Shown here piece after piece: positions 38,557 through 50,496 of a stretch of DNA of 64,000 nucleotides. The translations under genes were made by a program, and so were the position numbers. The notes below the pieces were generated by a model. The model was not told the origin of the DNA. It was given only the letters and a program-made list of their open reading frames with translations, and did not search any database. Positions within the stretch are counted from its first letter, which is position 1, and every line of letters begins with the position of its first letter. Source of the DNA: an uncultured Gemmatimonadaceae bacterium (GTDB taxonomy: Bacteria > Gemmatimonadota > Gemmatimonadetes > Gemmatimonadales > Gemmatimonadaceae); the NCBI GenBank assembly GCA_963761305.1, contig CAVXGK010000001.1, forward strand, positions 896,001 to 960,000. The letters are read 5' to 3'.

Positions 38557-39740
38557 GCGCCCGACGACGCGGCTCGCCGTTCCTTCGGCGCGTGCTGGTG
38601 CTGGCGCACGCCGAGGTGCTGCACGTCAGCCGCGACCGGGCGTCGCTCGTGCAGATCATCGTCATGCCGCTGATCCAGTTGCTGCTGTTGTCGAACGTCG
38701 CGACGTTCGCGATCAAGCGGTCGCCCGTGTACGTCGTCGACTTCGACCGCACGAGTACCTCGCGAGGCGTGGTGAGCCGGCTGCGATCGTCGGGCTACTT
38801 CGACATGGTCGGCCAGTCCGCGTCGCCGGACTCGGCCAACGCCGCGATGCTCGGCGGACGGGCGACGCTCGTCGTGACGATCCCGCACGATTTCGAGCGG
38901 TCGCTCGTGCGGACGGGCAACGCTCCAATCGGTCTCGACGTGAACGCCGAGAAGGGCTCGGCGGCGGGCATCGTCCAGTCCTACGCCGTGGAGATTCTGA
39001 ACGACTACTCTCGCGAGTTGTCGGCCGTCCTTCGCCCGACGATCCACGCGGTGTCCGACGATCCGCTGGAGGCGCAGCCGCCCACGCCGGGTGAATCGCG
39101 CATCGAAGTGCGCACGGCATCGCTTTACAACCCGACGCTCAACTACAAGCACTACATGGTGCCGGGAATCCTGGTCGCGCTCGTCACGATGATCGGCACG
39201 CTGCTCACGGCGCAAAATATCGCTCGCGAGCGCGAGATGGGAACGCTCGAGCAGCTCAACGTCACGCCGATCACCAAGGCCGAGTTCATCACCGCCAAGC
39301 TGCTTCCGTTCTGGGTGCTGGCGCTGGTCGACATGTCGCTCGGCCTGCTCGTCGGCCATTTTGTGTTCGGCGTTCCAATCCGCGGCAGCCCGGTGTTGCT
39401 CCTCGCGGCGGCGGCGGTTTACCTGGTCGTTGCGCTCGCGATCGGCCTGCTGATCTCGACGGGTGTCGAGACGCAGCAACAGGCGATGTTCGTATCGTTC
39501 TTCATTCTGATGATCTACCTGTTGATGAGCGGGTTGCTGACGCCGATCGACAGCATGCCGCACTGGGTGCAGTTGCTGTCCGAGCTCAATCCGGTGCGTC
39601 ATTTCGTATCGATCTCGCGACAGATTCTCGTCAAAGGCGCCGGGTTCACGGACATCGCGGCTCCGCTTGGTGTCCTCGCGATTTACGGTGTGGTCACGTT
39701 GGCGCTCGCGATCCGGTTGTACCACAAACGGACCGCGTGA
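38553..39740 (+). CDS. ABC-2 type permease (YbhR-like)
   Basis: YNPTL, MVPGIL, REREMGTLEQLNVTP and SGLLTPIDSMP. Confidence 0.92.
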   Translation: MSARRRGSPFLRRVLVLAHAEVLHVSRDRASLVQIIVMPLIQLLLLSNVATFAIKRSPVYVVDFDRTSTSRGVVSRLRSSGYFDMVGQSASPDSANAAMLGGRATLVVTIPHDFERSLVRTGNAPIGLDVNAEKGSAAGIVQSYAVEILNDYSRELSAVLRPTIHAVSDDPLEAQPPTPGESRIEVRTASLYNPTLNYKHYMVPGILVALVTMIGTLLTAQNIAREREMGTLEQLNVTPITKAEFITAKLLPFWVLALVDMSLGLLVGHFVFGVPIRGSPVLLLAAAAVYLVVALAIGLLISTGVETQQQAMFVSFFILMIYLLMSGLLTPIDSMPHWVQLLSELNPVRHFVSISRQILVKGAGFTDIAAPLGVLAIYGVVTLALAIRLYHKRTA

Positions 39741-39769
39741 CGGTAAGACGTCCACCCTTCTCGCCGTTT

Positions 39770-39810
39770 CATCTGCGGCATCGCTGTTCAGATCTGCGGC
39801 ATCTGCGTCA
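39770..39810. repeat. Short direct-repeat intergenic motif (ATCTGCGGCATC x2)
   Basis: ATCTGCGGCATC-GCTGTTCAG-ATCTGCGGCATCTGCGTC lies downstream of the ABC operon and resembles one arm of a REP-like element. Confidence 0.5.
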
Positions 39811-39984
39811 GGTTTCTTGCCTTCAGTTGTAGCCAGACAGACCCGTAGAAAACGCGTAAGGCTCTGGCGCTCGAACCGGGCGCGTTAGATTAGTTGGTAG
39901 CCTGGCGGTCGACGTGCGCGTCCCGCCAGTGGCTCCGTCAGTCACCTCGCTGGGCCAAAAGCCTCGAGTCGAGAGACAAGTCCA

Positions 39985-42759
<2,775 letters not shown>

Positions 42760-42769
42760 CGGCTGCGGC

Positions 42770-45514
42770 TTATCGGCGGGACAGCGAATCGAGGCGCGCG
42801 CGGAATGACGGGTCCGCGTAGCGCCACGCTTCTCGAACATAGGCCGCGTACACCGCGGCGCTGTCCGGTTGGTGGGCGGCAGTGAAAGCGCGCGACATCC
42901 ACCAATCGATCTCCGTGCGCGGAACGTAGCGCGCCATCGCGTCCACGGGCGCCATGTCGGCGTCGCGAAGGGCGGCGATCGCGCTGTCGGGATGACCCAG
43001 CGCGAGGCGCGCTCGAGCCAGCTCCACGTTCGTGCGCGTCCATGCGTTCGCCGACCACTCGGCCGCCGTCAGCTCTCGCTCGGCGTCGGCGTACCGGCCC
43101 TGGGCGAACAACAACACGCCGCGCACGTGGTGATGCAGCACCTTGTCGCGACCGTAGTAGCTCTGTTCACCCGACCGTGCGATCGAGTCGACCAGTGCGC
43201 GCGCGGACGCTGTGTCACCCGCGCGCACCAGCGCGTCGGCCTCCAGCGCGTGCGACCACGAGAAACCGCGCGCCTGGGGAGCCGTGAACGCAGACAGAGA
43301 CGTACCGGGCGGATGTCCGACGCGCTCGAAGATGGCGCGCGCCTCGGCGATACGACCAACCCGCGCCAGTCCATCGGCGCGCACGAGGGTCAAACCGTCG
43401 TTCGCCGGCAGATCGGCCAGCAACGCCAGCGATTCGGCGATGCGGCCGCGCTCGCGGGCGACCATGACTCCGATGTCGCGTCGTCCGTCGAGCAACACGG
43501 GATCGCGCGTCGTGCGCCACGCACGGAGCAGCGAGTCCACGATGTCGTAGCGACGCGCCGAGAGCATCGTGCGAGCGAAGTCCACCGCCGCCAGCGCATT
43601 CTTCGAGAGCGCGACGTCGTGATAACCCGCCTCGGCCGACTCCGCGGACTTTCCGACCGCGGCGAGCGTCGCCGACAGGTTTCGCCATGCCGCCGGCAAA
43701 TCCGGTTGCAACGCGACCCATCGTCGTGCCGCCGCTTCCGCGCCAGAGCGGTCCGCCTCGGCAAGACGCACCTGCGAGAGACGCCAGAGCACCTCGCATG
43801 GCGTGCACGGGCCGTCGCCGGCGACCATGGCGAGGGAGTCGAGCGCCAGCTCGCGCGACAACACGCCCTCGGTTTCGGCCCACTTGCCGTGCGCGGTGAG
43901 AAGGTCGGCGCGCGCGCTGTACGCGCGCGGATCATATGGAAATCGCGAGACGAGCTGCGAGCTCAACGCGTCGGCACGCGCGCTCTCACCAAGGCTGTCG
44001 GCGTTTCGGATCTCGTCGGCGAGCCGCTCCAACTCGGGAAGACGATCCTCGTGTCGCGCGGCGAGCAGTGCGAGACGGTGCTCACCGGATTCGTCGCCGA
44101 GTGCGCCGGCCACCGCTTCCCTGCCGCGGATCGCTTCGACGAATCCCGAGTCCTCGGCGATCGCCGAGTCGAGCTGCGTCGCGGCATCGCCGAGCTTCTC
44201 GGCGCTCAGCGACAGCATGCCACGCGTGAAGTGCCGATACGCGTCGGCGCTCGCGGTCTCGACGCCCGAGTATCGCGCAGTGCCGCCCGGTCCGACGGCG
44301 AGGATCGCGGCGACGCGGTTCGCGGCTTGGCGTCCCAGCTCGACGGGGTTCGCGGCGAGAATCGTGAACGTCTCCGACTCGGACACGTTCGCGACGTTGC
44401 GAACCGTCACGTCGAGCACGTAGCCCGTCGGCGCGACGGAGAGTCCACCCGTCACCGACCAGTTGGCGCGCAGTCGACGTGCGACGTCCATCGACTTGTC
44501 CTCGGTGAGCCGCGCCGAGCCCGAACCGGTGAGTCGAGCAACGACGTCGCGCACGCGCGACGGCGCGACGGACTCGACGCCGCGCAATCCGTCGAGATCG
44601 GTGGCGATCATTCGCGGGAGGGCCACGCGAAGCCAGTCGATCGACGTATCGCCGCGCACATCCTCGATCGACGTCACGGCGACGATGGGTCGCGTCGCGG
44701 CCGACGCCTCGGACGACGAATTCCGAACGCGCCAGACGAGTGCGACCACGAGCGACGCCGCGATCACGCCCAGCACGATGGGCCAGCGTCGGCGTGAGAC
44801 GGTCGTCGGTGGTTGCGTGGGCGCCGACTCGGCGACGATCGCTGCCGGCGCCGGCGTCAGAACCGGCCTTGGTGAAGCCGGCGACATCGCGTCCGACGAC
44901 GACCTTTGTTCCGCCTTCAGCTTCGCGACGACCGCCACGGCGGCCGACGACGTCGGTGCGGCATCGAGCCATCGCTCGGCGGCGGCGAGCGCGGCGCTCG
45001 TTGCCATGCCGCGCTGAAGCTGAGAAACGTGCCGCTCGCATACCTCGACGAACCGGCGTTCGAGCTTGCCGCGCTCGCGGCTTGCCCAATCGTCGAACTC
45101 GGGCGCATCGGGCACGTGCACCGCGTCGAGAAAACGGCCGCCGTAGACAGCGACCGCGCGCGCGTCGTCGCCGGATTCGTAGGCCGAGGTGAATTGGACG
45201 GTGTCCACCTCGACACGCGCGTCCTCGGACAACGCGATGGTGTCGCGTCGCGCAGTGATGGCATCGGCGCCGAGCACGCCGCGAAGACCGGAAAGCGCGT
45301 TGGACAGCGAGTGTCGCGCGCGCGATTCGTCCTCGCCGCCCCAGAACATCTCGACCAGCGCATCGCGCGAGATGGGTCTGGCGAAGAGCGCGATCACGGC
45401 CAGCACCGCCAGATGACGCGGCCGAATCTCGGCGATCGACTCGGTCTCACCGTCTACGACAGTGAGCGTCAAGCGGCCGAGCGTTTGAAGCCGGAAGTAA
45501 CGGCGCGTCAACAT
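42770..45514 (-). CDS. Transmembrane SARP-type regulator: wHTH-BTAD, TM, TolB-N-like domain and TPR array
   Basis: LQTLGRL...SRDALVEMFW...ARHSLSNALSGLR (OmpR-like wHTH), YGGRFLD...EFDDW (BTAD), TM at about residue 245 and a helical repeat C-terminus. Confidence 0.8.
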   Translation of the reverse strand: MLTRRYFRLQTLGRLTLTVVDGETESIAEIRPRHLAVLAVIALFARPISRDALVEMFWGGEDESRARHSLSNALSGLRGVLGADAITARRDTIALSEDARVEVDTVQFTSAYESGDDARAVAVYGGRFLDAVHVPDAPEFDDWASRERGKLERRFVEVCERHVSQLQRGMATSAALAAAERWLDAAPTSSAAVAVVAKLKAEQRSSSDAMSPASPRPVLTPAPAAIVAESAPTQPPTTVSRRRWPIVLGVIAASLVVALVWRVRNSSSEASAATRPIVAVTSIEDVRGDTSIDWLRVALPRMIATDLDGLRGVESVAPSRVRDVVARLTGSGSARLTEDKSMDVARRLRANWSVTGGLSVAPTGYVLDVTVRNVANVSESETFTILAANPVELGRQAANRVAAILAVGPGGTARYSGVETASADAYRHFTRGMLSLSAEKLGDAATQLDSAIAEDSGFVEAIRGREAVAGALGDESGEHRLALLAARHEDRLPELERLADEIRNADSLGESARADALSSQLVSRFPYDPRAYSARADLLTAHGKWAETEGVLSRELALDSLAMVAGDGPCTPCEVLWRLSQVRLAEADRSGAEAAARRWVALQPDLPAAWRNLSATLAAVGKSAESAEAGYHDVALSKNALAAVDFARTMLSARRYDIVDSLLRAWRTTRDPVLLDGRRDIGVMVARERGRIAESLALLADLPANDGLTLVRADGLARVGRIAEARAIFERVGHPPGTSLSAFTAPQARGFSWSHALEADALVRAGDTASARALVDSIARSGEQSYYGRDKVLHHHVRGVLLFAQGRYADAERELTAAEWSANAWTRTNVELARARLALGHPDSAIAALRDADMAPVDAMARYVPRTEIDWWMSRAFTAAHQPDSAAVYAAYVREAWRYADPSFRARLDSLSRR

Positions 45515-45632
45515 GTTGACATGGTGAGATCGCGTGGACAGCGGCCGCCTAATATAGCGCCGCGTACACGAGGCCGCGCGGACGGCCAGACCCCCGAGAT
45601 CAACACACGACAGTCATTCCGGAGTGCACCCA

Positions 45633-46988
45633 ATGTCCCGATCCACCGCCCCCGTGGCGAGCACCGAGTTGTTCAGGCGCGCTCGCGGAATCCTGACCCT
45701 CGCCGTGCTATTGGCGTCGGCAGCCCCTTTCGCCAGCCTCCCGGCGCAGGGGCTCATCGACCGGATGAAGCAGAAGGTCCAAGATCGCGTCAACAACGCC
45801 GAAGACAGCCTGACCGACGCCGCGTTGGACAAGGCGACGGGCGCGATCACGTGCGCTGCCACCAACACCCAGTGCATCCATAAGGCGTTGGGCGCCGGCA
45901 AAACGGTGCAGGTCGTCGACAAGAACGGAAAGCCGGTTTCGGCGGCCGATTCGGCCAAAGCCGTCAACGCGGCGGGCGGTGTGCCGGCGTCGATGCAAAA
46001 CGCGGCGACGACGTCGAGCAGCTCTGCGGCGCCGACTGCCTCGGCGCCCGCGTTCGGCGAGGACGTCCTCGTCAACTACGACTTCGTGCCGGGCGATCGC
46101 GTGATCTTCGCCGAGGATTTCATGAAGGACAACATCGGCGACTTCCCGAAGCGTCTGGAACTGCGGCGCGGCAACTTCGAGGTCGCGAAATGGCAGGGGC
46201 AGCAGTACCTCCGCACGAACTCGGGCGGCGTCGTCGTGATTCCGCTGTCGGAAGTTCTGCCGTCGCGCTTCACCTTCGAGGCGGACTACAACGGCTCGAA
46301 CGGATGGAGCCTGGAGGTGAACTTTGCCGATCCTGACGCGATCGACAACCTCGTGGAAGCCTCGTTCGCACCGGGCAACGCGCAGCTCGCCGGCCCCGGC
46401 GTCAATTCCTCGGCGGAAATGCCCGAAGCGGCCATCAAGCCGATCAGTCACGTCGCGTTGATGGCCGACGGCAAGTACGTGAAGATCTACGTGAACGGCG
46501 TGCGTTTGGCGAACGTGCCCAACGCGAACATCGGACGCGGTAAAGTCGTGGTCGTGGCCGTGCCGGGGAGCAACGACGAGCCGGGGTACCTGTCGAACAT
46601 CCGCATCGCCGCCGGCGGCAAGCCGCTCTACGACGCCATCATGGCCGCCGGTCGCGTGGCGACGCACGGCATCCTGTTCGACACGGGCAGCGATCACATT
46701 CGGAGTGAATCCAAGCCGACGCTCGACATGATCGGGCAGATGCTCAAGGATCACGCGGACCTCAAGCTTGCGATCGAAGGACACACCGACAACGTCGGGT
46801 CGGCCGCGTCGAATCAAACGCTGAGCGACAAGCGCGCGGCGGCCGTGCGCCAGTTCCTGATCGCGAACTACCACGTCGATGCGGGCCGTCTGTCGAGCAA
46901 GGGCCTCGGTTCGACGAAACCGGCCGCCTCGAACGACACGCCGGAAGGACGTCAGCAGAATCGGCGCGTCGAGCTGGTGAAGAACTGA
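45633..46988 (+). CDS. Exported OmpA-family protein (lectin-like middle domain plus peptidoglycan-binding C-domain)
   Basis: GGAG RBS, signal peptide ending LPA|Q; C-terminal GILFDTGS, IEGHTDNVG, LSDKRAAAV and GRQQNRRVE. Confidence 0.9.
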   Translation: MSRSTAPVASTELFRRARGILTLAVLLASAAPFASLPAQGLIDRMKQKVQDRVNNAEDSLTDAALDKATGAITCAATNTQCIHKALGAGKTVQVVDKNGKPVSAADSAKAVNAAGGVPASMQNAATTSSSSAAPTASAPAFGEDVLVNYDFVPGDRVIFAEDFMKDNIGDFPKRLELRRGNFEVAKWQGQQYLRTNSGGVVVIPLSEVLPSRFTFEADYNGSNGWSLEVNFADPDAIDNLVEASFAPGNAQLAGPGVNSSAEMPEAAIKPISHVALMADGKYVKIYVNGVRLANVPNANIGRGKVVVVAVPGSNDEPGYLSNIRIAAGGKPLYDAIMAAGRVATHGILFDTGSDHIRSESKPTLDMIGQMLKDHADLKLAIEGHTDNVGSAASNQTLSDKRAAAVRQFLIANYHVDAGRLSSKGLGSTKPAASNDTPEGRQQNRRVELVKN

Positions 46989-47005
46989 GCGGCGGCGAGT
47001 CGCGC

Positions 47006-47956
47006 ATGATGTCGCTGTCGTGGGTGTGCCGTCGCGGGCCGGCGCTCGCCTTCGCGCTCGCACCGTTGTTCGCGGCGCACACTCACGGCGGCGATGGCGG
47101 CACCGTGCTGCTCACTGGCAGCGTGCACGGCGCGATTCCTCCGGCGACGTGCGCCGAGGCCGGCGCGTCCGGCGTGCGCCTTCGTTCGTTCGGCGAGATC
47201 ACGCCGGACGGTGCGCATCACCGGTCGTTTCAGATTCAGATGAACTCGTCGTGCGTCGCGCCGCTCTACCAGGCGCTCTTCTCGCGCGAGCGCCTGGAGG
47301 CGCGGATCGTTCCGCCGGGCGAGCGCGCCGACGTCGCCGTGATGTTGGGCGACGCGCACCTCACTCGCGTCGAGCTCTCGACCTCCACGAACGAGCGCGG
47401 GACGCGCTATCCACTCATCACGCTCGAGCTCACGGCGACGCGCGTCACCGGCGTGCCGCGGCGCGCCCGGGCGAACGGTCGACTGCTCGCCTCGGATCTC
47501 TCCCCCGTGCCGCAAGGAACCGCCGAGGCGTGGGTGCGGAACGGAGTGGCGGGGACGAGCGTGCGGCTGACGGGACAACCGTCGGGGTTGGACGTCACGT
47601 TCGCGTCGGGCGATCAACGCATAGCGGCCGCGTGGTCGGTCGACGATCAAACGGGCTTGCCGCGCGACGACCTGCACATCTCGGTCGATCCGATCGACAA
47701 GGCGGCGAGCGGAGACGACGCCGCCGTCGCCTCGGCCGTCGAAGACCGGCGGGAGCTGTCGGAGGCCGTGATCTCGTTCCTCGGCCGGGACGGCGCGGCG
47801 GGGATCGTCGTGTGGCTCAAGCGCGCGTCGCTCGCCGGGTTCAACGCCCCGTCGGCGACGCCGTACGGCGTCCGCGGCGTCGGCCACGTGTCACTCGTAG
47901 CGCGTCAACTGGCGATCACCGACATCGGGTCGGGCCGAACCGCCGCGTTTCCGTAA
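47006..47956 (+). CDS. Exported hypothetical protein with two divergent Hcp/TssD-like domains
   Basis: Probable signal peptide. LTGSVHGAI...HHRSFQI...PLYQALFSRERL and PIDKA...ELSEAVISF...LKRASL...RQLAITDIGSG resemble the Hcp pattern by eye. Confidence 0.5.
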   Translation: MMSLSWVCRRGPALAFALAPLFAAHTHGGDGGTVLLTGSVHGAIPPATCAEAGASGVRLRSFGEITPDGAHHRSFQIQMNSSCVAPLYQALFSRERLEARIVPPGERADVAVMLGDAHLTRVELSTSTNERGTRYPLITLELTATRVTGVPRRARANGRLLASDLSPVPQGTAEAWVRNGVAGTSVRLTGQPSGLDVTFASGDQRIAAAWSVDDQTGLPRDDLHISVDPIDKAASGDDAAVASAVEDRRELSEAVISFLGRDGAAGIVVWLKRASLAGFNAPSATPYGVRGVGHVSLVARQLAITDIGSGRTAAFP

Positions 47957-47979
47957 CGAACACACATAAAACTTTCAGC

Positions 47980-49239
47980 ATGCCGACCATGAGATCGCTC
48001 GTCGCGTTCGCCCTCGCCGGACTGATGTCCACCAACGCGCTCGCGCAGGACGACCCGAAAACGCACCCGGGCTCGCTGTCGGTCAAACCCGACGTCCACT
48101 TCGGCAAGGAAATCCCCGCCGGCCCACAGCGGGCCGCCGCCTTTGCCGAGGCGCAGAGCGTGCTCGACGTGCTCCGCACCGACGCGGCGCTCACGAGCCC
48201 CATCGGCTACGCCGTCGTCGTGAAGCGACTCGCCAGCGCGCGACTCTCCGCCGACGCGCCCGGCATGCTCTATCACGCCGCGGTGCTCGGCGCGATCAAC
48301 TATTTCGGATTGGAGGACGACGGCCACGGCGGCAAAGAGATCGGCCTCACCGGCGGCATCGTGCCGTTTCACGTCGCCATCAATACGTTCGGCGACCAGG
48401 GCGAGATCGAGAGCACGGACGAAGAAGTGGATCACGGCCCGCGCATTCTGTACGACCTCAAAGAGACCGGGAAGTTTCGCGGTCGTCCGGTCTACAACGG
48501 CGCGTGCACGTACGTTTCGCGCCGGCCGGTGCCACCGCTCATTCCACTGTCACTGGAGCGCTACTACACGCTCGAGCTGATCAAGGCACGTGGAGCCTCG
48601 TCGCGCTTCGCGAGTGATCGCGCAACCGAGACGAAGACGCCGGCGCAGGACGCACTGCGGCGATTCCTCAAAGACAGACAGGAGCGCCAGGCGTCGAACC
48701 AGAAAACCATCGACGCCGTTCGCAAGATGGGCGCGGACCAGGCGACGATTCAGCAGATGGAACAAACGTTTCGCGACACGGAGAAGGAGCAAGAAGCGGG
48801 ACTCCGCGCGGCGGCGGCAGGAAACACCGACCAGAAGTATCAGGAAATCATCGAACAAGCGCGACAACAACAGACCGAAGGCATCACGCAGCTCCAGGCA
48901 AAGCTCGACGCGCTGTCGCCCGAAGAGCGCAAGTCGCCCGCGTACCTGATCGATCACGGCCGCAGCATGTACACGGTCGGCACCAAGGACGACGAAGGCA
49001 TGGTGTTGCCGATGCAGCCGAACCCGGCGTTCTACGATCAGTCCATCTCACCGTCGGCGCCGCAGCTGCTCTGGATTTGTTTGCCGGGGCTGCAAGGCGT
49101 CGTCGATTCGACTTACCAGATGTACGCGGGCGACGAGCGCGAGCAGGAGAAGCAAACCGCCGAACGACGCCTCGCCGATGCGGTACGCATTCGCGACAAG
49201 TTGAACTGGACGGCGCTCGAGGCGCTCGTGAAACCGTGA
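47980..49239 (+). CDS. Exported hypothetical protein with a long coiled-coil insertion
   Basis: Signal peptide ending ALA|Q, a Q/E/K-rich helical segment of about 110 aa and host-like codon use. Confidence 0.75.
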   Translation: MPTMRSLVAFALAGLMSTNALAQDDPKTHPGSLSVKPDVHFGKEIPAGPQRAAAFAEAQSVLDVLRTDAALTSPIGYAVVVKRLASARLSADAPGMLYHAAVLGAINYFGLEDDGHGGKEIGLTGGIVPFHVAINTFGDQGEIESTDEEVDHGPRILYDLKETGKFRGRPVYNGACTYVSRRPVPPLIPLSLERYYTLELIKARGASSRFASDRATETKTPAQDALRRFLKDRQERQASNQKTIDAVRKMGADQATIQQMEQTFRDTEKEQEAGLRAAAAGNTDQKYQEIIEQARQQQTEGITQLQAKLDALSPEERKSPAYLIDHGRSMYTVGTKDDEGMVLPMQPNPAFYDQSISPSAPQLLWICLPGLQGVVDSTYQMYAGDEREQEKQTAERRLADAVRIRDKLNWTALEALVKP

Positions 49240-49252
49240 CGCGGTGGACCGG

Positions 49253-50389
49253 TCAGTACTTCGGTAGCGTCGGGTCCACCTCGTCGCTCCAGCGCAGAAT
49301 GCCGCCGGCAAGGTTCGTCGCCCGAAATCCGGCGGCGGACAACTGCTTTACCGCGTCGGCGCTGCGCACGCCGGACCGGCAGTACACAACGACGTGCTTG
49401 CTCGGGTCGAGCGTCGGCATCGCGCCGGCGAGTGCGCCGAGCGGCACGAGGGTCGCATTGGGCAGCACGCCGAGCTGCCACTCGTACGGCTCGCGCACGT
49501 CGAGCAGCTGAAGATCGTCGCCGCGTGCGAGCGCCTCGGCGAGCTCGCGCGGAGTCAGTTCGGGAACGCGGGCCATATGCGATGTCGTGGTTGGTGAAGT
49601 GCCGCAGTACTCGTCGTAGTCGATGAGCGCTTTGATCTCTCGCGTGCCGCACGCCGGACACGTGGGATCGCGTGCCACGCGGATCGTTCGAAAATTCATT
49701 CCCAGCGCGTCGACCAACAGGAGTCGGCCGATCAACGGATCGCCGGCGCCGAGGATCAGTTTGAGCGCTTCCGTCGCCTGAATCGTTCCGACGAGTCCCG
49801 GCAACACGCCGAGCACTCCGCCTTCCGCACAACTCGGCACGCTTCCCGGCGGCGGCGGTGTTGGAAAGAGGCAGCGATAGCACGGGCCGTCCGTCGTGCA
49901 GAACACCGACGCTTGTCCGTCGAACCGGAAGATCGATCCGTACACGTTCGGCTTGCCGAGCAGCACGCAGGCGTCGTTCACGAGATACCGCGTGGCGAAG
50001 TTGTCGGTGCCGTCGATGATGATGTCGTAGTCGGCGAGAATCTCGAACGCGTTGTCCGACGTAAGCCGCGTTTCGTGCGTCTCGACGTTCACGTTGGGAT
50101 TGAGGTCGGCGATGCGGGCGCGCGCCGACTCGAGCTTGGGCCGGCCGACGGCCGACGTGCCGTGCAACACCTGTCGCTGGAGGTTCGAAACGTCGACGAC
50201 GTCGAAGTCGACCAGACCGATCGTGCCGACGCCCGCCGCCGCGAGATAGAGCGCCGCGGGCGAGCCGAGTCCTCCGGCGCCGACGAGCAGCACGCGCGCC
50301 GCCTTGATCCGCTGCTGTCCGTCGAGCGCGACGTTGGGCAGGAGCAGGTGGCGGCTGTAGCGCTGCAGCTCGTCGCGCGTGAGGTCCAT
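49253..50389 (-). CDS. moeB: MoeB/MoeZ adenylyltransferase with C-terminal rhodanese
   Basis: RYSRH, GAGGLGSP, SNLQRQ, DGTDNF, CYRC, CPAC and rhodanese YCRSGVRS. Confidence 0.95.
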   Translation of the reverse strand: MDLTRDELQRYSRHLLLPNVALDGQQRIKAARVLLVGAGGLGSPAALYLAAAGVGTIGLVDFDVVDVSNLQRQVLHGTSAVGRPKLESARARIADLNPNVNVETHETRLTSDNAFEILADYDIIIDGTDNFATRYLVNDACVLLGKPNVYGSIFRFDGQASVFCTTDGPCYRCLFPTPPPPGSVPSCAEGGVLGVLPGLVGTIQATEALKLILGAGDPLIGRLLLVDALGMNFRTIRVARDPTCPACGTREIKALIDYDEYCGTSPTTTSHMARVPELTPRELAEALARGDDLQLLDVREPYEWQLGVLPNATLVPLGALAGAMPTLDPSKHVVVYCRSGVRSADAVKQLSAAGFRATNLAGGILRWSDEVDPTLPKY

Positions 50390-50496
50390 GCCGAAAGCTA
50401 CAGCGCGAGCGAGCCGGCGGCCGAGCGCCGCGAACGCAAACCGGCGCGCCCGCGATGGTCCGCGAGCGCGCCGGTTCGAAGTTCAGCGTCTTCTTC

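Noticed and set aside
47020..47979. N-terminal extension of the 739-aa ORF
   Set aside because: It is an Arg-rich off-frame reading of the 47006 gene; a signal peptide starts at 47980.
45633..49239. A type VI secretion gene cluster
   Set aside because: No sheath, baseplate, VgrG, ClpV or membrane-complex genes are present, and the proteins carry apparent signal peptides.
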